Of a stretch of 48,740 nucleotides of DNA, positions 24,931-33,702 are shown piece by piece. Each line of letters starts with the position of its first letter. Within the stretch, counting starts at the first letter, position 1. The translations under genes and the position numbers were made by a program. Location: IMG/VR virus record IMGVR_UViG_3300034025_000003. One strand, given 5' to 3'. The notes below the pieces were generated by a model. The model saw only the letters and a list, made by a program, of their open reading frames with translations. It was not told the DNA's origin and ran no database searches. This DNA is from a virus.

Positions 24931-25176
24931 TTACAGCCTCCAATCCTCGATAAGGGAAGACTCTTTCAACTTAATTCCATACAAAACAAAGTCACTGTCT
25001 CTCAATTCCCGACGTTCGTTCCTATCGGGCATATTGTTCCAATAAAGAACGTAAGGATATCGATCTTTTTGTATCGCCTTGTTTTGGAAAACAGTCAGTT
25101 CGGAACCAGGAGTCCCCCGGTGATGATAAAACCAAAGATAGTCTTCTAGAACAACAGTATCGCCGACTTTAATCAT
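24931..25176 (-). CDS. WRL-tail small protein B (…SSLIEDWRL), SH3-like N-terminus
   Basis: 81 aa, MIKVGDTVVL..., with a GGAGGA RBS. It ends in IEDWRL-TAA. No gene follows for about 90 nt; only the promoter lies there. Confidence 0.7.
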   Translation of the reverse strand: MIKVGDTVVLEDYLWFYHHRGTPGSELTVFQNKAIQKDRYPYVLYWNNMPDRNERRELRDSDFVLYGIKLKESSLIEDWRL

Positions 25177-25372
25177 ATCGTCCTCCGAAATCTTCAGTGT
25201 TTATTGACAGCAACTCTTCAGCTGTAGGTTCAGCTTCTTCGCTGCTTTCTTCAGGCTCTTCGCCAAAGACAGACGCAATTACTTCAAGACAAGTACCACA
25301 AGGGTCTATGTCTCCGTGATCGCTGTTGAAACTAAAGCTTGCCATTTCACGATCACAAATGTGACACTTCAT
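25169..25372 (-). CDS. Small zinc-ribbon / acidic protein
   Basis: MKCHICDREM...DPCGTCLEV followed by an acidic tail. Confidence 0.55.
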   Translation of the reverse strand: MKCHICDREMASFSFNSDHGDIDPCGTCLEVIASVFGEEPEESSEEAEPTAEELLSINTEDFGGRYD

Positions 25373-25511
25373 GCTCGTCGATCCAACTCAAGAAGAAGTT
25401 CAATAAAGCCATTAAAAATAGGGGCTATCAGATTTTTCCTGTGCTTTAAATAAAAGATTTGCTTGTCTTTTAGAAAGGTTCGTTGATTGTCTGTTAATCG
25501 CATTTGGGAGT

Positions 25512-25760
25512 TTATCCTTCTATTTCTGGTTCAGAGGAACATTCAATGACTAGACGTGCGCCACACGCTAGAAGAGAGGCATGAGGGGAATAGACAAGAG
25601 TAGCCCCATCAGGAAGCCTAACACGGTTCCCGTATATAGGCCGTCCGCTAAACCCTCGTTGTATGCGGATTGGAGGTTCGGGTCGTTCGGCACGAATGTT
25701 TCTCCGGATGATGTGTTGATTAACGTGGACGTACCACTTACGATTGTCCATTATAACCAT
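25512..25760 (-). CDS. Hypothetical protein (start uncertain)
   Basis: The ORF contains WYVHVNQHIIRRNIRAERPEPPIRIQRG...LLACGARLVIE. I could not assign a function. Confidence 0.5.
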   Translation of the reverse strand: MVIMDNRKWYVHVNQHIIRRNIRAERPEPPIRIQRGFSGRPIYGNRVRLPDGATLVYSPHASLLACGARLVIECSSEPEIEG

Positions 25761-25965
25761 TTCCGTAAGTTTCGTCAAGCCCTAACTCACGTTCGAGTGG
25801 ACGCAATTCACGAAGAGCTGCCTCACGGAATCCTTTTGGTCGCGAGAAGTCTTTAACATTTGCTCGCAGTGTACGAATCTTTTCACAGGCTGCGTGGTAA
25901 GACGTCTCCTGCGCCAATCGCTGAAATTCAGAAGGCGAGCGAGTAAAGAAACGGTCAGTCATCAT
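25738..25965 (-). CDS. Hypothetical protein
   Basis: ATG at 25965 overlaps the TGA of WRL protein C (CTATGATG). Confidence 0.5.
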   Translation of the reverse strand: MMTDRFFTRSPSEFQRLAQETSYHAACEKIRTLRANVKDFSRPKGFREAALRELRPLERELGLDETYGNGYNGQS

Positions 25966-26204
25966 AGTCTCCAATTTTCGATTGTTACTGGTGATACAAC
26001 TTCACAGAAGACATCCCACGCAGCAGGTTGTTTATTTCTGAAAAGACCAGAGTTAACTCCCTCAAGATAAATGATAGCGTTAGCTCTTGTCCCTCCTCTT
26101 AACACCATTTGTCTAGATTCATCAATGCTTACGATTACGCCCTCCTGACCAGCGTAGATACTAGGTGCAAGACATCGAACAGTTTGCCCAACAACAAAAT
26201 TCAT
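25962..26204 (-). CDS. WRL-tail small protein C (…SPVTIENWRL), SH3-like N-terminus
   Basis: ATG at 26204 overlaps the stop of D (ATGA). MNFVVGQTVRCL...; ends in IENWRL-TGA. Confidence 0.7.
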   Translation of the reverse strand: MNFVVGQTVRCLAPSIYAGQEGVIVSIDESRQMVLRGGTRANAIIYLEGVNSGLFRNKQPAAWDVFCEVVSPVTIENWRL

Positions 26205-26443
26205 AGTCTCCACTCTTCGATTGTAGACGGGCCTTTGTTAATGATGTTCCCGTATTTATGCGACCAATGAGGATGAGGGGTACCATCTATTTTTACGATC
26301 AGAAAATCATTAAACTCGTTAATGTCAACAACAACGCAAGGAATTCCATCGTAACTATTAAGAAAAATTTCCTGTGATCTCTTTATTGCTCTCGAAGGAT
26401 TATTTTCGAACTCTATCTCAGCGTCCCAATCAATTGATTTCAT
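26201..26443 (-). CDS. WRL-tail small protein D (…GPSTIEEWRL)
   Basis: ATG at 26443 overlaps the end of the ATP-grasp gene. MKSIDWDAEIEF...; ends in IEEWRL-TGA. Confidence 0.65.
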   Translation of the reverse strand: MKSIDWDAEIEFENNPSRAIKRSQEIFLNSYDGIPCVVVDINEFNDFLIVKIDGTPHPHWSHKYGNIINKGPSTIEEWRL

Positions 26444-27182
26444 TTGAGATAGCCTGAAACGCTTGGGCGTAATCTTGGACTGTCTGACCCTCGAGACCGC
26501 ACGCTGTGTTAACTTCGAGAACATAGGCCATCTGTCGACGATCATTCCAAATAACGTCCACCCCGCCAAAATCAAGGCCAAGCGAATCAACAGCGGCAAT
26601 TGAATGCTCAAGGACACAATTAGGAGCGTCAACGCCATCGCGAGCGAATACAAAACCGTTAGCGTGATTACGTATCTGCCAGTTTGGGTCATCTACATCA
26701 AGCCTTCTCGCCTTGCGCTGCACAGCCACAACTCGACCTCGGACAACGTGTACTCGGTATTCGTCTTGCTTCGGTACGTAGCGGACGTAGAGCGGCGCGT
26801 TAACAAGCTCTTGTGCGCTATTCGCAACAACGATGCCAACACCGCTATGGCCGTTAAGAACAGTACGACAGAATACAGGATACGCTTCAGCAGGAATTTC
26901 TTCTTGCAACTGCCAAAAATCAGGGACATTTACGCCAGCCTCCTGCATTCTGTTGAATGCCCAAAGTTTGTTTGCGGCAGTAGCTACCGCATCAGAAGTA
27001 TTGAGGACTATTCCGCCTCGACCGTAAGGTACAGACGAACCCCAATTGATAATCAGATCATCGCGACGAGGAATGAACGTCGAACCTTGCAGTCGCAAAA
27101 CGCGTCCACGTGGGAGAGCGCCCGCAAGGGCTCGTGCTGATCGTGAACCTTGCTTATACGGATAGACGCGAAAACGAGGCAC
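26430..27182 (-). CDS. ATP-grasp ligase (RimK-like, phage type)
   Basis: NKLWAFNRMQEAGVNVPDF, GHSGVGIVV, EYRVHVVRGRVVAVQRK, WQIRNHANGFVF and LGLDFGGVDVIW...YVLEVNTACGL are typical ATP-grasp blocks. The GTG start overlaps the TAG of E. Confidence 0.85.
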   Translation of the reverse strand: MPRFRVYPYKQGSRSARALAGALPRGRVLRLQGSTFIPRRDDLIINWGSSVPYGRGGIVLNTSDAVATAANKLWAFNRMQEAGVNVPDFWQLQEEIPAEAYPVFCRTVLNGHSGVGIVVANSAQELVNAPLYVRYVPKQDEYRVHVVRGRVVAVQRKARRLDVDDPNWQIRNHANGFVFARDGVDAPNCVLEHSIAAVDSLGLDFGGVDVIWNDRRQMAYVLEVNTACGLEGQTVQDYAQAFQAISNEIN

Positions 27183-27406
27183 TACAATCTCCAATATTCA
27201 ATGACGTGACTGATTCTCTCAACAGAGCCAGTATTCCATTCTCCTCCGTTACCACTGACGGAGGTGTCTCCGACACGAGTCCAAGGCGATCGATCCCAAA
27301 TTACTTGGAAGTATCCCTTACGTCTAGCAATTGCTTCGACAGTGCCGACACAACCGTGAAAGTCTGTTCCATTAGTGCATCGAATACGATCACCTACTTG
27401 AATCAC
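27182..27406 (-). CDS. WRL-tail small protein E (…SHVIEYWRL), SH3-like N-terminus
   Basis: GTG at 27406 overlaps the TGA of F. (M)IQVGDRIRC...; ends in IEYWRL-TAG. Confidence 0.65.
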   Translation of the reverse strand: MIQVGDRIRCTNGTDFHGCVGTVEAIARRKGYFQVIWDRSPWTRVGDTSVSGNGGEWNTGSVERISHVIEYWRL

Positions 27407-27669
27407 AAGCGCCAATCCTCTACAACAGTTGGACTAAACTTGTTTGAAATTCTTCCAAACTTAGCCTGACAAGTGTCCGTAACAATTATTCCGTCAGCTG
27501 AGCAAAAGAAATAACGAATTAGCGAGTCAGACTTACGGTAGTTTACATCTTCAAGAATCCAGTGGTTTTGGTTATACGGGCTTATAGAGCTTTCATGAGG
27601 ATGATGTAACTTCGACAGTTTAATCGGAAGCCCGGTTTCACTTTCTAGTGGCAACGAAAAGTCGATCAT
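27403..27669 (-). CDS. WRL-tail small protein F (…SPTVVEDWRL)
   Basis: ATG at 27669 overlaps the TGA of the amidoligase (ATGA). It ends in GAG GAT TGG CGC TTG TGA. Confidence 0.65.
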   Translation of the reverse strand: MIDFSLPLESETGLPIKLSKLHHPHESSISPYNQNHWILEDVNYRKSDSLIRYFFCSADGIIVTDTCQAKFGRISNKFSPTVVEDWRL

Positions 27670-28652
27670 CCGAAAGCATCCTCTGCTTCCCACGCCATCG
27701 GAGGAACATTATCTAAAAAGATTCTCTTGATCTTAGGCTTCAACGCTCCAAAAGGATTAGGAACGTAAACCTTTTCAATTTCCGGCAGAACCGAAGCCCA
27801 CGGAATGACGTAAAGGATGGGCTGAATACGACGATAACCATCTCGAACAAGCTGACCCGCGTTGTCAACAGCTAGCAACTCGTCAAGGATCGGAAGCCCT
27901 GCAAAAACAGTCTCGAGGAACCCGATACCACCAAGCGTAGAAAAGTCGACGCCGATGATAGATGGGTCGCTGTACGTTCCTGCGTGAGTTTTAATACGAT
28001 CGATAGCTTCGATCCACTTTTCAAACTCACCGACGTTCTCAACAGCTCGCATCAAACGAATTTCGAGCGTGCCAAGTGTGCGCAAGCAAGCAGGATTAAG
28101 GGCCAAATAACGCATGTCTCGACTGTACGAAAAATCACCAGTCTTGAAGCCACGAATCCATCCGTCAACAGCGTAGGAGCTGTCACTCATACGGAGGCTA
28201 AACAGATTGCCTGCTCGAGTCGGACCACACCACGCAGCAAGAACGTCTTCGAACATTCCCCACAACGCCACAAAAGCTGCCATCGTGTTAACTTTGACGG
28301 AACGCATGTTAACGTGAACATGCGTCGAAGTGCGGTAGCTGTTGTTAAGTCGGGTGCCGGTGAAAGTGAAAGTATCGAAGAGCGAGCTGACGTTAGCGAT
28401 AGCTTGAGCCTTTGACACAGCGCCGTCAGTAACGTATTCCGAACCGCCTCGTAGACTGTTGTCGTCGTGACGAACCCAATTCGGAATGTTACCCGGAAGG
28501 CCAGTACCCTCAACTTCTATTTCGATACCGTAGTCACCTACTTGAGTTGTGTAGTCGAAACCAACGCCGCGACACAACTCAATTCCGTACGCCTTCGGTT
28601 CGAAAGACGACTTGCCCTTTTTATTTTTGAAAACACTCAAAACATTTGACAT
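27666..28652 (-). CDS. Amidoligase (Amidoligase_2 / glutamine-synthetase-like COOH-NH2 ligase)
   Basis: YGIEIEVEG, HDDNSLRGGSEYVT, TSTHVHVNM and GTLEIRLM match the conserved blocks of the putative amidoligase family. Confidence 0.8.
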   Translation of the reverse strand: MSNVLSVFKNKKGKSSFEPKAYGIELCRGVGFDYTTQVGDYGIEIEVEGTGLPGNIPNWVRHDDNSLRGGSEYVTDGAVSKAQAIANVSSLFDTFTFTGTRLNNSYRTSTHVHVNMRSVKVNTMAAFVALWGMFEDVLAAWCGPTRAGNLFSLRMSDSSYAVDGWIRGFKTGDFSYSRDMRYLALNPACLRTLGTLEIRLMRAVENVGEFEKWIEAIDRIKTHAGTYSDPSIIGVDFSTLGGIGFLETVFAGLPILDELLAVDNAGQLVRDGYRRIQPILYVIPWASVLPEIEKVYVPNPFGALKPKIKRIFLDNVPPMAWEAEDAFG

Positions 28653-28653
28653 C

Positions 28654-28938
28654 TCACAACCTCCAATTCTCAATTACAGCTGGGCCAACGTTTACAATAC
28701 GTCGGTAATTTGGGTTACCTTCCGAATACCCAAACTGCCCGCCAATTTCGTTAAAAAACCCCAAGTCCATAGCTTTGTAATAAGGGTCTGATCGTCTGGC
28801 AATGTCGTACTGACTCCTTACAAAAATTCTGCGGCCGTACTTTTTTTTACGGTGAGGGCTCGTGGCCGCAAGAACTTTGTAGATTTCACAAGGAAGTCCG
28901 TCGTCGTACTCAATCGGACGATCTATATCGATGAGCAT
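28654..28938 (-). CDS. WRL-tail small protein G (…GPAVIENWRL)
   Basis: 94 aa. The ATG overlaps the upstream TAA (TAATG). It ends in IENWRL-TGA. Confidence 0.7.
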   Translation of the reverse strand: MLIDIDRPIEYDDGLPCEIYKVLAATSPHRKKKYGRRIFVRSQYDIARRSDPYYKAMDLGFFNEIGGQFGYSEGNPNYRRIVNVGPAVIENWRL

Positions 28939-29561
28939 TACATAATCTCCGGATTATCTGGCAAATTCGGACATTCGATAATAGATTCCATCAGATATTG
29001 CCGATCGTTGTTGAGATACAACTGATTACGGAAAATCACGCCAACTTCTTCGTGATTGTTGAACAGTGTAAGGCCGCCACTTTCAGACATCGCGATAGCA
29101 AAACTACGCGAAACTGCGATTGACGATCCGGGAACAATGTGTTCGAGTGTGTCAGACCAAGAAGGATAAACGTTAGCAACCATTTCTACGAACGCAGGAG
29201 ACTTAGTCACCACATCGAAAGGAATGCGAACGCTGCCCTTCAAGGTCGAACAATTGAAATTCTGATTACAGAGACCTTGGCGCTGCTGTCGAGCCGGGAG
29301 TCGTTGAGCAAAGCTAACGTTGAACCCGTATTCACGACTGAAATAGTTCACAAAACCCAGAGGAATCGTCTGGAATCTATTAAATCGTGGATCAAGAAGA
29401 TTAGCAGTTTGCTCTTGACCATCGAAAGGGTGGGGAACGAACCCCACCTCAATCGCATTCGGACCTCGACCACGCAGGGTTGTAACCGTAACTGGCAAAC
29501 CGTCGAAGCCAACTACTGTATCCAGCAACCGTCGTTCTGCTTCTTCACGTGTATCGTACAT
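28938..29561 (-). CDS. Hypothetical protein of the ligase island
   Basis: 207-aa ORF with a GAGGTG RBS. No motif recognised. Confidence 0.6.
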   Translation of the reverse strand: MYDTREEAERRLLDTVVGFDGLPVTVTTLRGRGPNAIEVGFVPHPFDGQEQTANLLDPRFNRFQTIPLGFVNYFSREYGFNVSFAQRLPARQQRQGLCNQNFNCSTLKGSVRIPFDVVTKSPAFVEMVANVYPSWSDTLEHIVPGSSIAVSRSFAIAMSESGGLTLFNNHEEVGVIFRNQLYLNNDRQYLMESIIECPNLPDNPEIM

Positions 29562-29625
29562 TTACTGGCACCTCATTAGATTCTCAAGAAGACAACGAAT
29601 ATAGTTTATCTCTCCTCGAGTCACG

Positions 29626-30549
29626 TTACGCCTTCTTCTTAGTCTTCGACGCGGTGGCCTTAACTTCTTCCTTTTCAGCCTTAATTCGTTCGGCTTCTTC
29701 AGGGCTCACTTCTTCGATCTTCGGCAACGTAATCCCGAGGGTCGAAAGGTAAGTCTTTGCGTAAGACACATCACCCGAATTGATGATAGATTGAATGTCT
29801 ACGCCCTCCCTTTCAGCTTTAAGATACTGCGGAGTAGTCGACTGCATATCCTTGACAGCACGACTTACGAGGCCATGAATAAAACGCCGGAGAGGCGTGT
29901 TCAAAATCCAAGCGTTTGAAGGTGTGCGATATTCGACACCGTAGCTCTTCGGCCGATAAGCACCCGCCTTGCCGTACAGCTTACGACGTTCTGTGTCGCT
30001 ATCGATGCACGTCATGCCGAGACCGACGAATACGTCAAGATTACGAATGAACGCGCGGCAAACTTCGACGTGATCCGGGTGATCGACCGGAATGTCAGCG
30101 CCCCAGCCTACGTGAATGTGACCAGCTGCCGACCGCTGTCCGCTGTCTCCGTCAGGGCGAGGATTGGGCTCCGAAGGATCGATGCTGTACGCGCAGTAAT
30201 CAGGGTCACAGCCGAGTTCCTTAGCCTCTTCAGGAAGGCTCTCGTAGTAGTCCTTGTCGAAGAACACAGTCGGAGAAGGTTCGATCTGAAGATTAGACGG
30301 AATAATCGAACGCAGCTCCGACAGCACGCCAACAATGTTGTTGTTGAAGGCCGAGAAATCATCGATCGGAACAGGGTTCGTGTTGAATTCAGCGGCCAAT
30401 CCATCCGGCTGAACAGCGCCTGCGCTAACCTTATGCGGCGCTTTCTTCGAGCCCGGAACAAGGTCGTGTGCACTGACGGGCTTGCCAGTCGCGCGATCCT
30501 TGACGAAGATTTCTGGATCGCAACCAATCGTGAATTTGAAAGTAGACAT
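29626..30549 (-). CDS. COOH-NH2 ligase (phiEco32-like type 2 family)
   Basis: FTIGCDPEIFV...VSAHDLVPGSKKAPHKV..GAVQPDGLAAEFNTNPV and AAGHIHVGW resemble the phage COOH-NH2 ligase family of the GCS/GS superfamily. Confidence 0.7.
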   Translation of the reverse strand: MSTFKFTIGCDPEIFVKDRATGKPVSAHDLVPGSKKAPHKVSAGAVQPDGLAAEFNTNPVPIDDFSAFNNNIVGVLSELRSIIPSNLQIEPSPTVFFDKDYYESLPEEAKELGCDPDYCAYSIDPSEPNPRPDGDSGQRSAAGHIHVGWGADIPVDHPDHVEVCRAFIRNLDVFVGLGMTCIDSDTERRKLYGKAGAYRPKSYGVEYRTPSNAWILNTPLRRFIHGLVSRAVKDMQSTTPQYLKAEREGVDIQSIINSGDVSYAKTYLSTLGITLPKIEEVSPEEAERIKAEKEEVKATASKTKKKA

Positions 30550-31814
30550 TACGCTGCAAGCTCCTTATTAGCGTTGTTAGTAAAACAAGTTGAACAGAGA
30601 AGGGCTGAAGTCGACAACCATTTGCCGATACTTCCAGTCAATGCGTCGTTGTAGTCGACGTCTTTTTGGCAGAACGAACAACATTGGTCCGTCTTTGCGT
30701 ACTCTCCGGCGTCGATTACGTCGCCTCGAAAGTCGAGTAGCTCATTATCAAACTTTTGCGGCAATGCGCGCGAGACTTCCGAGCCATTTCTTTTGCTGTC
30801 GTGCGCCAAGCTGAGCAAAGGCTTCTTCGCTCGGATAACCGCTTGGGAGACTATCTTGTCCTTTTCGGACTCGCCAGCTAAGGGCGATTGTGCTGTAGAC
30901 TTCGACTCGACCGCTGTGGGCGTGATAACCTGCGGGTTTTGCGGGAGTGCCTTCACGGCGTTCCCTACGTCTCCCTTTTCCCCAGGAATGTTCGGATCGT
31001 CGTCCAGATTGTCCTCCCACCCCCACGGTGACCGGTACGGGTTGTGAAAATTTACGGCAGACTTAATTGCCACCCCTCCTTCGAGCTTTTCGTTTCGAAC
31101 GAACGTGAAAACGTTTTTCTTGTCGAGAGGATCGATAGTTACAGACCACCAACTATCCGTCTCAAGGGGCGCAACGAAAAACTCTGGTTCGTCTTTGCCT
31201 GCTTGATTCGCGAGCTTTTGACCGTGCTTTCCGCAAGCCACGGTAATCATCCACGTTTCAGACGCCCAAAAGACTTTACGATAGTCTTCGCTGAAGGCGT
31301 AGAACAACGTGCGTTGATCGTTGCGAAGGAAGTTCAGCGTGTCGTCAGCAGTATCGTGCCAGACAAGAGCGTAAGCTCCTTCGACCTGTTCGATAGTGTC
31401 ACGAACGCCGATTTCAGCGAAAGATGAGTACAGTCGTTGACTGTCGATTGCGCCAGTTTCGCCTCCCGGCAACTTGTAGTAGTTACGAAGTGTTCCGTTA
31501 TGAACACCTGAAAACGTTCCGTAGTTAAACGGATGCGCTGTTTGCTTTGTGATGTTGCCGACAGTTGCTTTACGAGTATGGCCAATCATGGCCTTCGTCG
31601 TACCAGCAGTGATTATGTCGTAAGACTTTCGATCGTACAAGTCGAAAGGATTTCCAATATCCTTTACGATGCGAACATCGCCTGTCGGCAATCGTGGAAT
31701 AAACGCGACACCTGTAGAATCTCGACCACGAACAGTCGAGAAGACAAGCATCATTTCAAGAATATCTTTATCGCGGTAGCTGAGGTCCCCAGCGCAACCC
31801 ACTAAACCACACAA
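30549..31814 (-). CDS. Class II (Ntn) glutamine amidotransferase with a C-terminal Cys-rich region
   Basis: A TTG start is followed by Cys (M)CGLVGC. RGRDSTGVA, GHTRKATVG and HPF..GVHNGTL are also present. The C-terminus carries CCSFC...CSTC. Confidence 0.8.
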   Translation of the reverse strand: MCGLVGCAGDLSYRDKDILEMMLVFSTVRGRDSTGVAFIPRLPTGDVRIVKDIGNPFDLYDRKSYDIITAGTTKAMIGHTRKATVGNITKQTAHPFNYGTFSGVHNGTLRNYYKLPGGETGAIDSQRLYSSFAEIGVRDTIEQVEGAYALVWHDTADDTLNFLRNDQRTLFYAFSEDYRKVFWASETWMITVACGKHGQKLANQAGKDEPEFFVAPLETDSWWSVTIDPLDKKNVFTFVRNEKLEGGVAIKSAVNFHNPYRSPWGWEDNLDDDPNIPGEKGDVGNAVKALPQNPQVITPTAVESKSTAQSPLAGESEKDKIVSQAVIRAKKPLLSLAHDSKRNGSEVSRALPQKFDNELLDFRGDVIDAGEYAKTDQCCSFCQKDVDYNDALTGSIGKWLSTSALLCSTCFTNNANKELAA

Positions 31815-31967
31815 TTGAGGTCTCCTAGAAAATTAAACATTGACAACTTAAGCCAAACGAAGGATACACGAAGAATAATGTTGCCGTTATTTGTTATGAA
31901 TGCAACACGATTAAATCATACGGAACAGCTCAACGTCATCGTCAAATTGCTGATTGGATGGATTCTT

Positions 31968-32051
31968 TTACACGGACACCGCAAGAACAAGAAGAGCGAT
32001 AGAACTGACGATGCCGATACCTGCGCCGACGCTACAACTAAAATTCTTCAT
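31968..32051 (-). CDS. Possible 27-aa hydrophobic peptide
   Basis: ATG overlaps the TAA of the class I GATase (TAATG). MKNFSCSVGAGIGIVSSIALLVLAVSV. Confidence 0.25.
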   Translation of the reverse strand: MKNFSCSVGAGIGIVSSIALLVLAVSV

Positions 32052-32845
32052 TACTTGATTTCCTTCTTGATGAATTCGACTTCACTGATAGGCTTCAGAT
32101 TGTCAGCAAAGAATCCGTTCTCGACAAAGTTCTTGACTTCGTTGAGACACCACATCGTGTATTCTGGATATCCGCCGACTTCCGGATGACCCTGCACAGC
32201 AATCGCACGAATGTTCGGATAAACTGCTGCTTCGAGATCGCGATGAGCGTTGCTTTCGAGCGTCTTATTCTGATTGCTGTAGCGAGCGCCAAGGCCAGCT
32301 TGAGCGGCAAACGCCAGCGGAAACGTTGCTTCGTTCGGAATACACATTTGGTGATGCATCGAAGAGACCCACCAATCAGGTTTTGAACCGTCAGACAACT
32401 CAATCTTGTGTCGCCAACCGTGGTTGTGAACGTCTTGCCAGAGCTTACCACCGTTCATGACGTGCAGGAACTGCATGCCACGACAGATGCCAAACATAGG
32501 CTTGTCGAGCTCAATAGCTTTCGCAAACACGTCAGCTTCGCGAGCGTCGCGAGCTACGTTGAAGTACGTACCCTTAAGCGGCTTTTCACCGTACAACGAC
32601 GGATCGACGTCTTCGCCACCAGAGAAACAAAGAAGATCAGCTTCTTCGATCGACTTAGCTTTCGTGCAGTTAGCCTTAGCAAACATCTCGACGATGCCTG
32701 AAAGAAAGCAGCTACCGACGATAAACACTTTGTATCCGAGCTTCGGATAGACGTCGTCGATGCTATGTTCGCGGTTAGTCTTCGAGTTTTCGTCAGGAAG
32801 AAGACCTAGCTCTCGAAGACGTTCGGCTGTGACAGGAGTGTTCAT
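32051..32845 (-). CDS. Class I glutamine amidotransferase-like / peptidase C26 (gamma-glutamyl hydrolase type)
   Basis: PMFGICRGMQFLHV supplies the nucleophile elbow and AVQGHPE supplies the His-Glu of the triad. Confidence 0.8.
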   Translation of the reverse strand: MNTPVTAERLRELGLLPDENSKTNREHSIDDVYPKLGYKVFIVGSCFLSGIVEMFAKANCTKAKSIEEADLLCFSGGEDVDPSLYGEKPLKGTYFNVARDAREADVFAKAIELDKPMFGICRGMQFLHVMNGGKLWQDVHNHGWRHKIELSDGSKPDWWVSSMHHQMCIPNEATFPLAFAAQAGLGARYSNQNKTLESNAHRDLEAAVYPNIRAIAVQGHPEVGGYPEYTMWCLNEVKNFVENGFFADNLKPISEVEFIKKEIK

Positions 32846-33321
32846 GCTTTTACCTCGATGTGTACGTAGTTAAATTCGATTCCGCCGTCAGGCTTGAAAG
32901 GGTTCGGCAGCTTGCCGGGGTCCTTAGGCATACGCGCCATCGGTTTTGGATGTTCAAACTGCGTAAGAGTCGACGTGCCGGGATACTCAAACGGAGGCTT
33001 GACGTACTTAACGCCGCGCATTTCACAGCGAACGAAAAGATTTACCCAGCTATTGTGCTGACCGTTGTTTGTGCGACCAGCAAGAACAAAGCCCAATCCC
33101 GCGAGAATTTCGAGCATCTTCGGATTAGTCTTGCATTGAGAATCGTTCAGCGTGCAGACGACCATCTGATTGCCTGTCGGGCGACTCTTGCCGCTGTCGT
33201 CGATGCCCTGAATCTTTTGCACCATCTCTCGAAACGTCGAGTCGGTGGCAGTTGTGCCGAGTGGGAAATTGTAGATGATCGAAGCGCCGCAACAATTCGG
33301 CATAGCGGTCATTGTAACCAT
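32842..33321 (-). CDS. CCG-motif protein, paralogue 3
   Basis: MVTMTAMPNCCGASIIYNF...ILAGLGFVLAGRTNNGQHNSWVNLFV. It shares both motif blocks with 34186..34737 and 34744..35226. Confidence 0.7.
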   Translation of the reverse strand: MVTMTAMPNCCGASIIYNFPLGTTATDSTFREMVQKIQGIDDSGKSRPTGNQMVVCTLNDSQCKTNPKMLEILAGLGFVLAGRTNNGQHNSWVNLFVRCEMRGVKYVKPPFEYPGTSTLTQFEHPKPMARMPKDPGKLPNPFKPDGGIEFNYVHIEVKA

Positions 33322-33331
33322 GTTGAAATCC

Positions 33332-33469
33332 TCATAGGTTTGAGGGGTTGATGATAGATTGCTGTTTCAGCAGCGTTTCAGCTAGTTGACCTACTGTCAG
33401 TCCTTTGCGTTCGTTGGGTGAAAGACCGAAGTAAGCAGAACGAGCACGGCGATAAGTTGCGATATTCAT
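33332..33469 (-). CDS. Possible 45-aa ORF
   Basis: ATG overlaps the TGA of H (ATGA). MNIATYRRARSAYFGLSPNERKGLTVGQLAETLLKQ... Confidence 0.35.
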   Translation of the reverse strand: MNIATYRRARSAYFGLSPNERKGLTVGQLAETLLKQQSIINPSNL

Positions 33470-33702
33470 AGCCTCCAATCCTCTATGATTGTCTCTCTAG
33501 AAACTAAAACTGGTGTCCAAGAACCCTTATCAGGGGCGTCCAAGTCGAACATAGCTATTTCGTTTAGCCCTCTAAATACAGGAGCATCACCAGTCGCGTA
33601 AACAATTTTATTGATTGGAAGGATTCTAGTTATCGTCCATTCGCCGTACTCTCTCTTAGCTGCTCCGCTAGCAAAAGTACAGACGTCTCCTACTTGAAAC
33701 AT
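33466..33702 (-). CDS. WRL-tail small protein H (…RETIIEDWRL), SH3-like N-terminus
   Basis: ATG at 33702 overlaps the TGA of I (TGATG). MFQVGDVCTF...; ends in IEDWRL-TGA. Confidence 0.7.
   Translation of the reverse strand: MFQVGDVCTFASGAAKREYGEWTITRILPINKIVYATGDAPVFRGLNEIAMFDLDAPDKGSWTPVLVSRETIIEDWRL

Noticed and set aside
31815-32189. Plus-strand 124-aa ORF between the two amidotransferase genes
   Set aside because: It is antisense to the minus-strand operon and overlaps the end of the class I GATase. It has no RBS and its only possible promoter is weak (TTGACA-N17-GATACA at 31838-66). It is likely spurious.
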